A stretch of DNA of 64,000 nucleotides from NCBI GenBank assembly GCA_045047115.1, contig JASFYR010000010.1, forward strand, positions 32,001 to 96,000, read 5' to 3'. The stretch comes from Sulfurospirillum sp. (GTDB taxonomy: Bacteria > Campylobacterota > Campylobacteria > Campylobacterales > Sulfurospirillaceae). The first letter of the stretch is position 1; every line of letters begins with the position of its first letter. The notes beneath the pieces are model-generated. The model saw only the letters and a program-made list of their open reading frames with translations. It ran no database searches and had not been told where the DNA came from. Positions 31,701 to 42,500 of this stretch are shown piece after piece. The position numbers and the translations under genes were made by a program.

Positions 31701-31819
31701 TGGCTGTAGCACTGGGTTTTGGACTTGGCTGGGGAACTATACTAAATCTTATATATGTACCGACTCTCTATGCAGTGCTTCACAGAAAAAGATATAAAAA
31801 GGGGCTGGAAAATTATTAG
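28757..31819 (+). CDS. RND efflux permease (AcrB/AcrD/AcrF family)
   Basis: About 1020 aa, GVLVDDAIVVAE, GVVINDGIL, RLRPIFLTT motifs; N-terminus probably extends to 28718. Confidence 0.93.
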   Translation: MNYTLFILITFLGIYSYIQTPKEIFPTFDLDKISIKGSYAGTSIDIMDKIAVREIEDRVKGIEGIDDMTSAITPGSFVIVLDLVQGVNKYNIADKVKDAVADAKQNFPNDMNDPKVTVLNTVKSLLTLSMSSNKKSLSQLKDIADDVKTKILGVKDVSDVTIYGNSDMYYNILINEKKLDALNINKSAFLSALANISYIFPVGKIEGEGKHYYISTYNGAKTAKEMSDTPILANGKRVYLGDVATVEKKYENSRTLSTINTKPSLNLAITQVEGGNALVATKNIEKLIKSLQKEYKNITFTINDDSSDRIKDRLNVVISNIFFGIILVTLLLALLINPKMALIVGLGIPTSFIMAAIYFHAFGYTINMISLIGVLLALGVLVDDAIVVAESIQQYLEKGFSPKEAALRGSSDVAKPVIMASITTLFSFIPILMISGTMGEFIKLIPIAVSALLVASLIESFVFLPLHAAHILDNKTKVLSWERPNRIYNYIIHKLMNFRKTFLFAFLVLVPLFTVMGIKSSRFQMFPKFDATTMSISLKADINTPAEDTYKKVNTIADKLYKSRDKFFIKNISTIAGYRRNAAGSSENYPYVASINIELYKLKPKDFVNRYITPNLSLYYDKRGRIRDKTSQEIAKEVKNFLKQKGFKKRLHLQELFISERRAGPVKTDVKIGIISNNTEKTKKAISKIETALSKLKGIKTLTDNAHEGIDEIKIKLNRYGEDLGLSERSLGATLSNYFLEKKISTALDSKNLLDIKVQSVAKDEIQRLKNMKIDLGDGKKIALNEVADFIINRSFERVSKDFGQRTFYIYANVNPKQLTGNEAIEKIQPILNEVEKNGVKIKLLGEKKKNADLKNDMMSATFVAMLLIILSLLYLFNSFRDTFIIASVMPFSFLGVLIGHHIMGLNLSMPSIIGALGLAGVVINDGILMVTYLQKTKTLDQFFTESSKRLRPIFLTTITTLIGLSTLIFFPTGQAVIFQPMAVALGFGLGWGTILNLIYVPTLYAVLHRKRYKKGLENY

Positions 31820-31960
31820 CATAGCTCCTTATAGCAAATTAAACCATAACTAAATACTTTAATTTGGTATTATCTGGTGTAATGCACAATGAATAAAAAT
31901 ATTACGGACATCGTCTTGTGTCCCTCTTTGATAGCATTTGAAGAGATATAATAAAATAAA

Positions 31961-33004
31961 TTAGTTTTTTGTAATAAAGATATAAAACGGGCTTTCATCT
32001 AAAAGCATATTTATCCATATGCCAAAATTATCACCCAAAGCTTTTTTTGTCGCATATAGAGTTGTGTATCTCTTTGGAAGCTCAAAAAGTATCTTGATAT
32101 TTTTCTTTGAAAATTTAGTTTTAACACTACCTGTTATGATATTACAAAACTCCCCTATTCCATCACTTATCTCATCTAAATTTAATTTATCTATACTCTC
32201 GCCAAGCATTGCTTCTATTGACTTTGCGGCTAGCTCTCTTGGAAATATTAAAACAAAACTACCAGATACATCACCTTTAAAGCTCATAATTGCGCTAACT
32301 ATATCAGAGGCTAGAGTCACATTAAATTTTTGAACATTATGAGAAGTTTTTACAGCTTTTTTTGAAGTAAGTGTCTCCAAGTTAAAGACAGCTGTATCTA
32401 CAAACAATGGAAGATTGACAATCACAGTTTTCGAAAGCTTTAAATATGGAATTTCTTCAGGTCTCTTCTTTTTAATAATATTTAATTTAGTTTGAGAAAC
32501 AGCAAAATCCATACCGCCCTTATCCACGAGCTCTAAAAAGTTTTGTTGATCTTTTGAGAACAGAATCGTATGTCCAAACTTTGATAAAAGCAATGAGATA
32601 TTTTCCATATTATTCTCATCAGCATCATTACAAACAACTATCTTCAACTTTTTTTTAAATGATTCCGGTCTCAATAAAAGCTTGGCTATTTTCTCATTTT
32701 TAAATAATTTTATTGGTGTTTGTGCAGTTAACTTACATAAGATTTTATATAATTTTACTGAATAATTCCCAAGAACAATTGGAATTGATAGTTTACTGCC
32801 TGCCTTGTTAACCTCATATATAAAATCGTTCACAGAAGAGATATCAAAAGATATATCCTTCAAAGAGATAAAGAAACCTCTCAAATCTCTCTCCTCTATA
32901 ACATCTTCAAGCTCCAGAATATTTTGCAACAAAAGTCTTGTACTCTTTGGTTCAAACAAACCTTCATATTCTAAAAATACAATCTTATCTCTTATACTTC
33001 TCAT
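31961..33004 (-). CDS. CheX domain-containing protein
   Basis: C-terminal GDVSG...DGIGEFCNIITG CheX/CheC phosphatase motif (ExxN) after a roughly 190-aa N-terminal region. Confidence 0.75.
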   Translation of the reverse strand: MRSIRDKIVFLEYEGLFEPKSTRLLLQNILELEDVIEERDLRGFFISLKDISFDISSVNDFIYEVNKAGSKLSIPIVLGNYSVKLYKILCKLTAQTPIKLFKNEKIAKLLLRPESFKKKLKIVVCNDADENNMENISLLLSKFGHTILFSKDQQNFLELVDKGGMDFAVSQTKLNIIKKKRPEEIPYLKLSKTVIVNLPLFVDTAVFNLETLTSKKAVKTSHNVQKFNVTLASDIVSAIMSFKGDVSGSFVLIFPRELAAKSIEAMLGESIDKLNLDEISDGIGEFCNIITGSVKTKFSKKNIKILFELPKRYTTLYATKKALGDNFGIWINMLLDESPFYIFITKN

Positions 33005-33104
33005 ATAAAATTTATCACCCTATTGTTTTCATTTTCAATCAAGAAGTATATTATATTGAAATAAATATTAATATATATAGAGTTTGAGCTTTAAAAGTAA
33101 ATAT

Positions 33105-33130
33105 GGTGCATTATTTCCAAACAATGCACC
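33105..33130 (-). terminator. Hairpin downstream of the batD-like gene
   Basis: GGTGCATT-N10-AATGCACC, 14 nt past the stop. Confidence 0.45.
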
Positions 33131-33144
33131 TGTTATTACTCTAG

Positions 33145-34656
33145 TTAATCTAAATCTAAAAAGTGTTGTATTATCTCTTTTTTATCTATCCTGCTTTTTT
33201 TAGCCCCATAGATATTCTCCTCCAGCCTTTCAAGAGTTGTTTTTATAAAATCATCATCTTTACCATAAGGTAGCAAAATTTCAAAAAGCTCCTTGTCGCC
33301 CTTTGTTTTTTTGATTTTTTTGATTATCGGAGTCTCAACTTTCGATATTTTTACCTTTGTAAATTTTACATATCCCATACTTGCCAAAATGCCTAACAAA
33401 ATTCCTACAAAAAGGTATAAATAGCCATTTGTATTTTGGGTTATCAATGTATTTACAGGTGTTGCCCCAGTCTGTTTATTGTCACTTTTAAAACTTTGTG
33501 AAGTCGAAATTTTTGGTGTTATTTCAGCCCTGTTTCCACCCTTGATTTTTATATATACAGGTTTTGTCTCTTTTGTAACCAACTTTTTCAAATCTTTATC
33601 AAAGTAGCTAAATTTTATGGGCGGTATTGTGAAATCTTTATCAGCTATAAGAGCCACCTTTTGAGTAAACACACCTCCATAAACTCCACCGTTCAATCCT
33701 GCTCTTATCTTTGGTTCATCACTGTAAGCAACTACATTATCGATATCTAAAGAGAACTTTTTTATATCATCTATGTTACCGACGCCATCTATCTTAATAG
33801 TCAGGTTTACAGGTTTATTGGCTTTGACTTCTGTTTTATCTACACTTGCATTTATGTTATACTTTCCATATACTTCCAGGTTATTTGGCAAAGGCTTTAC
33901 ATGCACGAAAAGTTTATTTGAAATGATTTTTCTCCACTCCAAAGTTTGATCAAAGGCATCAAAAAATGGATCATTGAAAAAATTTCCGCCTCTGTTTCTA
34001 CGACTAAACATGCCAATATTTACCTCAATGGGCTTTATCTCAAAATCACCCTGTTTTTGTGGAAAGATTAGATAGTGATATGTTTGTACTACTGTATCAC
34101 CCTGCTCAGTTTTACTTGGCTTCTTAGTGCTTTTTATCCAAAAATCGCTAATCTTAAGAGGTGTTATCATGATCTTATCAGCCTGAGCATCCAACCTATA
34201 TTTAAAAATTACATCTACTTTTATAGGTTCACCCACAAATACATCGTTTTTGTCCATCTTCATACTCACTGCAAACTTACTTCCACTTTTTGCCTGAGAT
34301 GGTTTGACTATGGTAACTTTTATCTCATCTGTCTTATACTCTTTTCCATCAACCTTAACCTTGTATGAGGGTATAATCAAGCTTCTAGTCGGTGCAAAGG
34401 AGTATGTTTTTGAAATTGTACTCTTATAATTTCCATTTATAACATTTACACTTTGGGATGTCGATACACCCATCACTCCATATCCTGCTATCGTATTTAG
34501 ATTTGGAAACTTGGGATTCTTACCTTCAGCACTAATCGTATAGTTTACAACATCACCGCTATATATCGCATCCTTATCAACACTTGCGCTAACTCCTGCA
34601 AAGAGTGAACTTGCGAGTAGCAAAAGAGCTATCACTCTACCAAGGATTTTCTTCAT
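33145..34656 (-). CDS. BatD family protein
   Basis: Signal peptide, STSQSVNVING, repeated beta-rich domains, VKPLP; last gene of the MoxR-DUF58-VWA-VWA-TPR cluster. Confidence 0.88.
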   Translation of the reverse strand: MKKILGRVIALLLLASSLFAGVSASVDKDAIYSGDVVNYTISAEGKNPKFPNLNTIAGYGVMGVSTSQSVNVINGNYKSTISKTYSFAPTRSLIIPSYKVKVDGKEYKTDEIKVTIVKPSQAKSGSKFAVSMKMDKNDVFVGEPIKVDVIFKYRLDAQADKIMITPLKISDFWIKSTKKPSKTEQGDTVVQTYHYLIFPQKQGDFEIKPIEVNIGMFSRRNRGGNFFNDPFFDAFDQTLEWRKIISNKLFVHVKPLPNNLEVYGKYNINASVDKTEVKANKPVNLTIKIDGVGNIDDIKKFSLDIDNVVAYSDEPKIRAGLNGGVYGGVFTQKVALIADKDFTIPPIKFSYFDKDLKKLVTKETKPVYIKIKGGNRAEITPKISTSQSFKSDNKQTGATPVNTLITQNTNGYLYLFVGILLGILASMGYVKFTKVKISKVETPIIKKIKKTKGDKELFEILLPYGKDDDFIKTTLERLEENIYGAKKSRIDKKEIIQHFLDLD

Positions 34657-35407
34657 TTCTCTTTTCTCCTTTTGTGCTAAGTGGCAACATGAGGGTATTT
34701 ATACCTCTTTGATTCAACATTTTTTTATATTTTCTCTCTTCCATGTCACTTATAGGTTGTACTTTTTTCTTTTTCTGAGCAAGATTTTCCTTCTCTTTTT
34801 TTCCTCGCTCTTTTTTCTTATTCTGCTGGCTCTTTTTTTCTTTTTGTTTCTTGTTTTTATTTTGAGACTGTTTTTGCCTGTTGCCTTGTGATTTTTGATC
34901 TTTTTTATTCTGTTTTTTATTTTTCTGGTTTTTCTTATTTTTCTGGTTTTTCTGGTTTTTTTTCTTGTTTTTCTTGTTTTTCTTGTTTTTCTTGTTTTTC
35001 TTGTTTTGTTTCTTTTGTTTCTTTTTCTTTTTCAATAAGTCAAGATTATACTGCGTATCTTTGTCTTTTTTAATTTTTAGAGCCTCTTCATAGCTCTTTA
35101 TCGCATCATTAACCTTGCCTAAATGTGCATAGGTATTTCCCATATTGTGTAACTTTTTAAATTTAAGCTTGGGATCACTAACTTTCTCATACTCACTCAA
35201 AGCTTTTTTATACTCTTTTGCTTTATAGTAACTGTTTGCCAGATCATAGCTGGCACCGATTTTGCTTTTAACTTTTTGATACTCACTGATAGCCTCTTTA
35301 TAGTTACCTTTACTATAACTCTCTTGAGCCTTACTTATATCTCTAAAATCAAGAAGTCCTGCATAAAGAAAGATAGAGCAAAAAATCAATAATAGAACTT
35401 TTTTCAA
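34637..35407 (-). CDS. Tetratricopeptide repeat protein (BatC-like)
   Basis: YDLANSYY and HNMGNTY TPRs, K/N/Q low-complexity linker, C-terminal PW. Confidence 0.85.
   Translation of the reverse strand: MKKVLLLIFCSIFLYAGLLDFRDISKAQESYSKGNYKEAISEYQKVKSKIGASYDLANSYYKAKEYKKALSEYEKVSDPKLKFKKLHNMGNTYAHLGKVNDAIKSYEEALKIKKDKDTQYNLDLLKKKKKQKKQNKKNKKNKKNKKNKKKNQKNQKNKKNQKNKKQNKKDQKSQGNRQKQSQNKNKKQKEKKSQQNKKKERGKKEKENLAQKKKKVQPISDMEERKYKKMLNQRGINTLMLPLSTKGEKRNEENPW
34959..35007 (-). repeat. 9-bp tandem repeat (about 5 perfect units, encoding NKK) inside the TPR gene
   Basis: CTTGTTTTT units begin at 34964, 34973, 34982, 34991 and 35000 on the + strand, with degenerate units extending to about 34900. 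Confidence 0.85.
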
Positions 35408-36369
35408 TCTCTTTTCCCCCTTAAAGAAAAATTTGCCATAAAAAACAGAAGTATCGCCAAGCTCAACGGATAATAAAAAAGTTCTCTCTTCTCTTTTATG
35501 CTGTTTATTTCACTTCCTTTTGCCTTAAATCTTGCTTTTACAGCATCACTCAGCATCTTTATATCTCTATTTGACAGAGTTGAGCGCATATATGCTCCAC
35601 CTGTTCCCAATGCTAGTTTTTTAATATTTTCATTTATCTTTACTACCACAATATTTCCATTTTTATCTTTTAAAGCTCCATTTTTTGTCTCTATAACGCC
35701 ACCTTTGTCTGTTCCTATTGCATAAACAAAAATTACGATTTTATGCTTTTTTGCATACTCTATCTCTTTGGTAAAACTACTCTGATCTCCACCATCGGTA
35801 AAGATCAAAAATGCCTTCTTCTGATCTGTCTGGTAGAGATCATTTGCAGCCTCTAGGGCACTCATAAAGTCAGTCCCTCTTAGACTCATGCTAGCAGTAC
35901 TCAGGTTTTTAACTAAAAAATCCAAAGAGTGGTAATCTTCACTAAGAGGGGCTACTAAAAAGGATCGTGAGCTAAAGCCCACAACTCCGACTCTAGCACT
36001 TTTCATATCCTTTAAGAACTCATAAAATTTCTTTTTTGCCAAAGCAAATCTACTAGGATAAACATCATTTACAAACATAGAGTTGGATATATCAAGCCCT
36101 ACTACAACATTAATGAAGCTTGATTTTACTTTGATCTCACCTTTATCTATATATGGACGGGCAAGTGCTATAATCATAAAAAAAGCAGAGGCTATCAAAA
36201 GGACATTTCTCACTCTTTTGCTAAAACCTCTGTTTTTAACCCTGATTTTTTCCAGTATATCTTTGGCGAAAAGTGCCTCATAGGATTTTTTGTTGTATTT
36301 TAAAAAGTAAAACAGAGGCAAAAGTAAAACTATAAGCCAAAGAAGTTCACTATGTACGAAATCTATCAT
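35404..36369 (-). CDS. VWA domain protein (BatB-like)
   Basis: ALARP, MIDAS DISNS, PSRF, FTDGGD motifs. Confidence 0.9.
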   Translation of the reverse strand: MIDFVHSELLWLIVLLLPLFYFLKYNKKSYEALFAKDILEKIRVKNRGFSKRVRNVLLIASAFFMIIALARPYIDKGEIKVKSSFINVVVGLDISNSMFVNDVYPSRFALAKKKFYEFLKDMKSARVGVVGFSSRSFLVAPLSEDYHSLDFLVKNLSTASMSLRGTDFMSALEAANDLYQTDQKKAFLIFTDGGDQSSFTKEIEYAKKHKIVIFVYAIGTDKGGVIETKNGALKDKNGNIVVVKINENIKKLALGTGGAYMRSTLSNRDIKMLSDAVKARFKAKGSEINSIKEKRELFYYPLSLAILLFFMANFSLRGKRD

Positions 36370-37262
36370 GCCAACTCCCTGTTTTTTCTAAAAAATAAAA
36401 GCATACTCAAAAATAGTGCCAAACCCAGAGGATAGGCAAAAAGATACCTTTTCTTCACATATTTGTTTGCTTTTATCTTACTCTTCTCCAATTTGTCAAT
36501 GGTATCGTAAATCTCTTTTAATTTTTGTTTGCTGTTTGCCTGAAAAAATTCTCCACCACTTTCTTGGGCTATTTTTCTAAGAACATTTGGATCAAAATCA
36601 CCCGGACCTCCGATTCCGACCGTATAGACTTTTATGCCATACTTTTTGACTGTTTTTATAGCAACATCAAGCGGTATATTGTTCACATTATTCATACCGT
36701 CAGTCAATAAAATAGCTATCTTTTTCTTTGCATGTGAATTCTTAAAGAGGTTTGAGCTTAAGAAAAGTGCTTCATACAGAGCTGTTCTTCTACTTCCTGC
36801 AACTCCAACCTGTAGTCTGCTTAGTAGCCTTTTTATGCTTTTTTTATCATAAGTCAAAGGAACTGCAACATAGGCAAAATCAGCAAATATGCTAAGCCCC
36901 ACTTTATCATGTACTCTTTTGGTTAAAAAATCCCCGACAATCTCTTTTACTATGTCAAATTTGTTATTTTGTGCCATAGAACCACTTGCGTCAACTATCA
37001 AAGATATCTCATAACCTTTGTCATTTTGTATAGTCACCTCATCTCTTATAATCGGACTGGTTAGCGCTGTACTTAAAAACAAAACTATCAAAACTTTAAG
37101 GCTGTTTTCCAAAAGCATACTCTTTTTTGTAGCCTTTTTTAAAAATTTCATAGTCGGAAAAAATAGAGCATCCATCTTTGGCTTGCAAAAATACAGACAT
37201 ATCACAAACGGGACAATAATCAAAAAAGCCAAAGGGTACTCAAAAACTATTTGGTTTAGCAC
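36366..37262 (-). CDS. VWA domain protein (BatA-like)
   Basis: FEYP N-terminus, MIDAS DASGS, VPLTYD, LLTDG, VYTVGIG motifs. Confidence 0.9.
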   Translation of the reverse strand: MLNQIVFEYPLAFLIIVPFVICLYFCKPKMDALFFPTMKFLKKATKKSMLLENSLKVLIVLFLSTALTSPIIRDEVTIQNDKGYEISLIVDASGSMAQNNKFDIVKEIVGDFLTKRVHDKVGLSIFADFAYVAVPLTYDKKSIKRLLSRLQVGVAGSRRTALYEALFLSSNLFKNSHAKKKIAILLTDGMNNVNNIPLDVAIKTVKKYGIKVYTVGIGGPGDFDPNVLRKIAQESGGEFFQANSKQKLKEIYDTIDKLEKSKIKANKYVKKRYLFAYPLGLALFLSMLLFFRKNRELA

Positions 37263-37636
37263 TATTTCAATCCTCCTATGATTTTTTTGATACTGTTTTT
37301 CAACTCTTCATCCATCCGTGGAATATATTTTTTGTATTTATATATCCTTAGTTTTTCCAGCAAACTCTCTATCTCTTTTTCATTTTGTGGCACTATAAAA
37401 AATGGTATATTTAGAGTAAATATATAGGCTAAATCTTTTGGATTACTGTAATCTATGGTTTTCAGAGCCTTTAGCGCCATCTCTTTTCTGCTTGGTTTTT
37501 TTCGTTTTCTTGGTCTTGTTAGTAGATAAAATATCGCCACAAAGAGTAAAATAGCCAAAAATATATACCCCAAAAGATAATACATAGAGTAGTCTTGAAC
37601 TTCTACAATACCTTTTATATCTCTTAGTTTTTCCAA
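37262..37636 (-). CDS. Small single-TM protein of MoxR/Bat clusters
   Basis: LRDIK N-terminus plus one TM helix, between DUF58 and batA. Confidence 0.75.
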   Translation of the reverse strand: MEKLRDIKGIVEVQDYSMYYLLGYIFLAILLFVAIFYLLTRPRKRKKPSRKEMALKALKTIDYSNPKDLAYIFTLNIPFFIVPQNEKEIESLLEKLRIYKYKKYIPRMDEELKNSIKKIIGGLK

Positions 37637-37639
37637 TCT

Positions 37640-38473
37640 CTATCCTTTTGTTATCTGTGATATTTTCATATATATATCATCATCCGTATATATTTTGCCA
37701 TACTTGATTTTATGTGACAAAAAGTGTTTATACAGCTTATCATCACTCTGTTTTAAAAGCCTCTTATACTCTTTGAGACTACTGCTGTCCAAACTTATAT
37801 CGTCTTCACTGAGAGTTACAGGATCAACCAAGGAGATATCGCCCGTAAACTGCGGATTTTCCTCAAATCTGTCTCGAACTATCAAAGCATATATCTCGTT
37901 TTTATGAAAGATTGTTGAGAGGTCCACATCTCCGTAAAAATCTCCAATCAAAAATATAAGCGATCTTTTTTTGATACTCGAGTTGATAAAGTGACAAAAA
38001 GCCCCATAATCAACACTTTTACCTATAGCATCAAAACTAAGTGCATATCCTAGAGTATCTTCTAAGACTCCTAATTTTTTAGTAGGTTTAAAAAGTTTTT
38101 CAAGTTTTTCATCAAAAAAAAGAGTCGTAAGATTATCACTGTTTTTAAGAGCAGAATAACTCAAAAATCCCATCGCTTCAGCCATAGCATCTTGTTTTGT
38201 CCTCTTTACTCCAAAATTTATAGAGCCGTTTAACAGATAAGCCACTATGACATTTAACTCTCTCTCTTCGTTAAAGAGATTTACTTTGACACCCAATCCT
38301 TTGGCGGTTGCTTTCCAGTTTATAGACCTTACATCGTCGCCTATGACATAATCTTTTATCTCAGAGAAATCAAGACCTGTGCCTTTAAATGTACTGAGAG
38401 TATTGCCAAGATTGCCGGTAAATACCCTTTTCTTGACTTTGAGAAGTATCTCTTTGAGTCTGTTTCTTATCAC
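37640..38473 (-). CDS. DUF58 domain protein
   Basis: FKGTGLDFSEIKDY..GDDVRSINWKATAK...FNEERE. Confidence 0.93.
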   Translation of the reverse strand: MIRNRLKEILLKVKKRVFTGNLGNTLSTFKGTGLDFSEIKDYVIGDDVRSINWKATAKGLGVKVNLFNEERELNVIVAYLLNGSINFGVKRTKQDAMAEAMGFLSYSALKNSDNLTTLFFDEKLEKLFKPTKKLGVLEDTLGYALSFDAIGKSVDYGAFCHFINSSIKKRSLIFLIGDFYGDVDLSTIFHKNEIYALIVRDRFEENPQFTGDISLVDPVTLSEDDISLDSSSLKEYKRLLKQSDDKLYKHFLSHKIKYGKIYTDDDIYMKISQITKG

Positions 38474-38482
38474 TGCGTACTC

Positions 38483-39436
38483 CTATGGAGCTTTGATGAC
38501 ATTCATAATCTTTTGCACTACTTTGTCACTGTTAAGTCCACTTGATTCCGCTTGATAGCTGAGTATCACCCTGTGTCTGAGTATGGAGTTTACAACTTTT
38601 GCAACATCTAAAGGAGTAACAAAATCTTTTCCTCTTAAAAGTGCCATGGCTCTGCTTGCCTTATACATATCTATCGAAGCTCTGGGACTTGCACCAAATT
38701 CTATCATACCCTCAAGCTCTTCCAAACCGTATTTGGATGGGAATCTTGTGGCAAAAACTATGTTTATCATGTATCTTTGTAGTTCATCATCTACATGCAC
38801 ATTCTGAAGTTCTTCTCTAAGAGAGAGAACATCCTCTATATTTGCGACTTGCTTCACCTCTTCAAAGCCGTTTTTTGCCACTCTTTGGACTATCTCAAAC
38901 TCTTCTTGCGCAGTATTATATCCAACCATCACTTTAAGCATAAATCTATCTAATTGAGCCTCTGGAAGTCTATAAGTTCCCTCTTGTTCTACCGGATTTT
39001 CGGTAGCCATGACCAAAAATGGATCATCTAGTTTGAAAGTGGTATCTGCTATTGTTACCTGTTTTTCCTGCATCACCTCCAAAAGTGCTGATTGAACCTT
39101 TGCCGGAGCTCTGTTTATCTCATCAGCCAGAAGAAGATTTGTAAATATCGGACCTTTTCTAACAGCAAAAGAGGCATCTTTTTGATTATATACTTCAGTT
39201 CCCACAACATCACTAGGAAGAAGATCAGGGGTAAATTGTATTCTCTTAAAGTCCAAGCCCAAAGATTTTGAAAGAGCATTTATAGCTGTAGTTTTAGCGA
39301 GTCCGGGAACTCCTTCAACAAGTATATGCCCTCCGCTAATCAAACCGATAAGTAAAGAGTCAACCAAATCCTCTTGACCAACGATAATCTTGCCAATCTC
39401 TTTTTTTATCTCTTCTATTTTACTATTCATCATCAA
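38483..39436 (-). CDS. MoxR family AAA+ ATPase
   Basis: [52 protein letters not shown] motifs. Confidence 0.96.
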   Translation of the reverse strand: MMMNSKIEEIKKEIGKIIVGQEDLVDSLLIGLISGGHILVEGVPGLAKTTAINALSKSLGLDFKRIQFTPDLLPSDVVGTEVYNQKDASFAVRKGPIFTNLLLADEINRAPAKVQSALLEVMQEKQVTIADTTFKLDDPFLVMATENPVEQEGTYRLPEAQLDRFMLKVMVGYNTAQEEFEIVQRVAKNGFEEVKQVANIEDVLSLREELQNVHVDDELQRYMINIVFATRFPSKYGLEELEGMIEFGASPRASIDMYKASRAMALLRGKDFVTPLDVAKVVNSILRHRVILSYQAESSGLNSDKVVQKIMNVIKAP

Positions 39437-39533
39437 CCTTTATAAATCAACCCTGCTAAAGAGTTGTTTTGGATATTATTTGATGAAATATTAATATTAA
39501 TTTTTAAATATATTCTTAATATTATCTAAATAG

Positions 39534-42500
39534 TCACGCTCTTCTATGATACAGAGCATAGATATTTGGTAGATAAAAGAGGTTTAATATCGTACCCCAA
39601 AGCAAACCAAAACCCAAGGACACCGCTAAAGGTTGAAATGTCACTGCCTCTCCTGTGGCAAAAAATATAAGTGATGAGAGCCCTATTATAGTAGTCACAG
39701 AGGTTAAAATTATAGGCCTAAACCTCTTGGCTGCCAAAATAGATATATCTGCTTGTCTTTTAGCTGTTTTTATGATTGAGAGCATCAATATGCCGTCATT
39801 TACGATAACACCTGCAAGTCCCAATGCTCCGACTATAGATGGCATAGAGAGATTTAATCCCATAATTTGATGTCCAAAAAGCACACCTAAAAATGACAAA
39901 GGTATAACACTCATAACTATCAAAGTCTCTCCTATAGAGTTAAAAAGATACAAAATAGATAAAAATATCAATATAATTGCCACCACTATAGCATTTAACA
40001 TATCATTTTGCAAAATTTTCTTTTGCTTGTACTCACCTCTTAACTTATATCTCAATCCACTCTTTTTTAACTCTTTCAAAACAGGCATTATCTTCATCAT
40101 CGCTTCACCGGTAGTGCTTATATCCTGGTCGATATTTGCATAAACATAAAAATTAACTTCTCCGTCATCTTTTGTAAGTTTTTCCAAAGATTGGGTGATA
40201 CTAAAATCACATATATCTTTTATCATCACAGTTTGACCATTTTTCAGCGCTATTTTCAATGTATCAAAATCTTTTACTCTATCCTTGTACTTGGAAGATA
40301 CTTTTATATCCAACATCCCCTCTTTATCTAAAATAACACCTTTTTTCTTTTCAAGATATAGGTCGGCTATATAATTTCCTAGATATTTTTGAGTAACGCC
40401 AAGCTGTTTTCCATAGGAGTTTAGATTTAGTTTAATCTCATTAGAACCAAACTTCATATTATCACCCACAAATTTTACCGCTTTTATTTTTCTAAGACTG
40501 TTTTTTAGTTTTTTTATACCCTTTATGACTTTTTTATAGTCTGTTCCTATGACACCTATCATTATATCTGCTCGCGAGTGCCCCATTCTTCTTTCTAAAG
40601 TATTTATCTCTCTTAAGTGAAATTTTCTCTTGTATTCTTTTTTTCTTAGAAATTTTCTGAGTTTTCTTGATATTTGTCTTGAATTTTCGGTTCTGATTCT
40701 CCCTTTTTTAGCATAATAAAAACTAAGATATGGAGTTATATACTTCTCTAAAAAATTTGACGGAGCTCTTTTTTGAAGATATAGAGTTACATATCCAACA
40801 TAAGGATACATCTCAGCTCCTCCTGTTGCACTTCTTCTGTATCCCGCTGTTGAACTCACATAATCTATGAAAAACTCTTTTTTATGCTTCAAAAGATCAT
40901 TTTCTATTGTTTGTACTATCTTAATAGAGTCTTGAAGGGTTGTATCTTTCGAAGCCTTATATGTGATACTTACGGATGTTGAGTCAAACGGTTCAAACAT
41001 CTTGAACCTCAAATGCTTTAGGCTGTTATACATCAAAAATGGTGTCAAAATCAAAAATATTGTCAAAAAAAGAATCTTATGCCTGATAATAATCTTGAGC
41101 ATCTTTGAGTAGAAGGCACTTATCCTTTTCCAGGAGAGTGTATGGGCATTTTTGTTGAGTATATGTGCTGAGTGTATAGGTAAAAACAGAAAAGACTCTA
41201 TCAGTGAAGCTACAACCAAAACGCTCACTGCGATTGGTATCAGCTCCATAATCTGTCCCAATCTCCCTGTTAGCATTAAAAGAGGTATAAAAGCAAATAT
41301 GGTAGTCAAAGAGGCTATAGTTACAGGTTTTGCCATCTCTTTAGTGCCTAAAAATGCCGCCTCTTTCGGTGAAAAACCCTTCTCTATATACTGCTGTATA
41401 TTTTCACTAATCACGATAGCATCATCAACTATGATACCTATAGCTATTAACACCCCTATGAGGGAATTTATATTTACACTATACCCAGTAAGGTAAAAAT
41501 ATATAGCTCCCATAACGAAAGATGTTGGAATTCCAAGTGCTATAACCATAGCCATTCTGAAATTTATAAGCAAAAATGTCATAAGAGTGATGAGAATAAT
41601 ACCCATCAAAATATTTGATATAACTATATCGAGACGATCTTTTATAACTGTTGAATGGTCATTTCTTATATCATACTCAATTTGCGGCTTTTGAAATCTC
41701 TTTATCATCTTTTTAACTTGCTTGGAAATCTCCAGTGCATTGCCTTTTGGATTTTGAGAGATAGATAGGGTTATGGCATTTTTGCCATTCATACTTGCCA
41801 GTGTCGAAGAGTCTCTGTATCTCTTTTTTATAGTTGCTACATCTTTTAGGGAAATAACTCTGTCGTCTATATTTAGAAATGTCTTTTTGAACTCTTTTAA
41901 TACATCTTTTTTATTTTCCAAAGATATATAGTATTCCTGTTTACTGCTATCTATCTTGCCTAGTGGAAATATATACGATATATTTGGTATGACATCTATA
42001 ATCTGCTTTTGAGTCAATCCGTAAGCTTCAGCTTTTTTACCGTCAATCAATACTTCATAATATATATCCGAATCTCCGAATATCGTCACATCGGATATAT
42101 CTTTTATGCCTAAAAGTTTCAATCTTAACTCTTTGGCATTTTCTATAAGCCTGTCTCTACCAAGAGTTTTGCTAAAGACCGAAACTTGCATAAGACCTCT
42201 TGCATGTGCTACCGTACTTGTTGTTAGTTCATCCATATCACTTGGCAAATCTGATTTTATAGCTGTTATGGCATCATCGATATCTTTTTGTACTTTTTGC
42301 TTGTCTGCACCCTTTCTCAACTCCAAAGTTATAGAAAATCTTCCCGGAGTTATACGAGATGATATAGTATCGATGCCATCGATATTTTGCACCTCTGCCT
42401 CTATCTCCTCTACTGCCATCTTATTTAGAGTATCAAGTGATGTACCACTGTATCCGCCTCTTATAGTTATAGAGTCCGGTTCGATAACAGGGGAAACCTC

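Noticed and set aside
33145..39436. MoxR-DUF58-VWA-VWA-TPR-BatD cluster as a new system
   Set aside because: It matches the described Bat/MoxR operon type; poorly understood but not undescribed.
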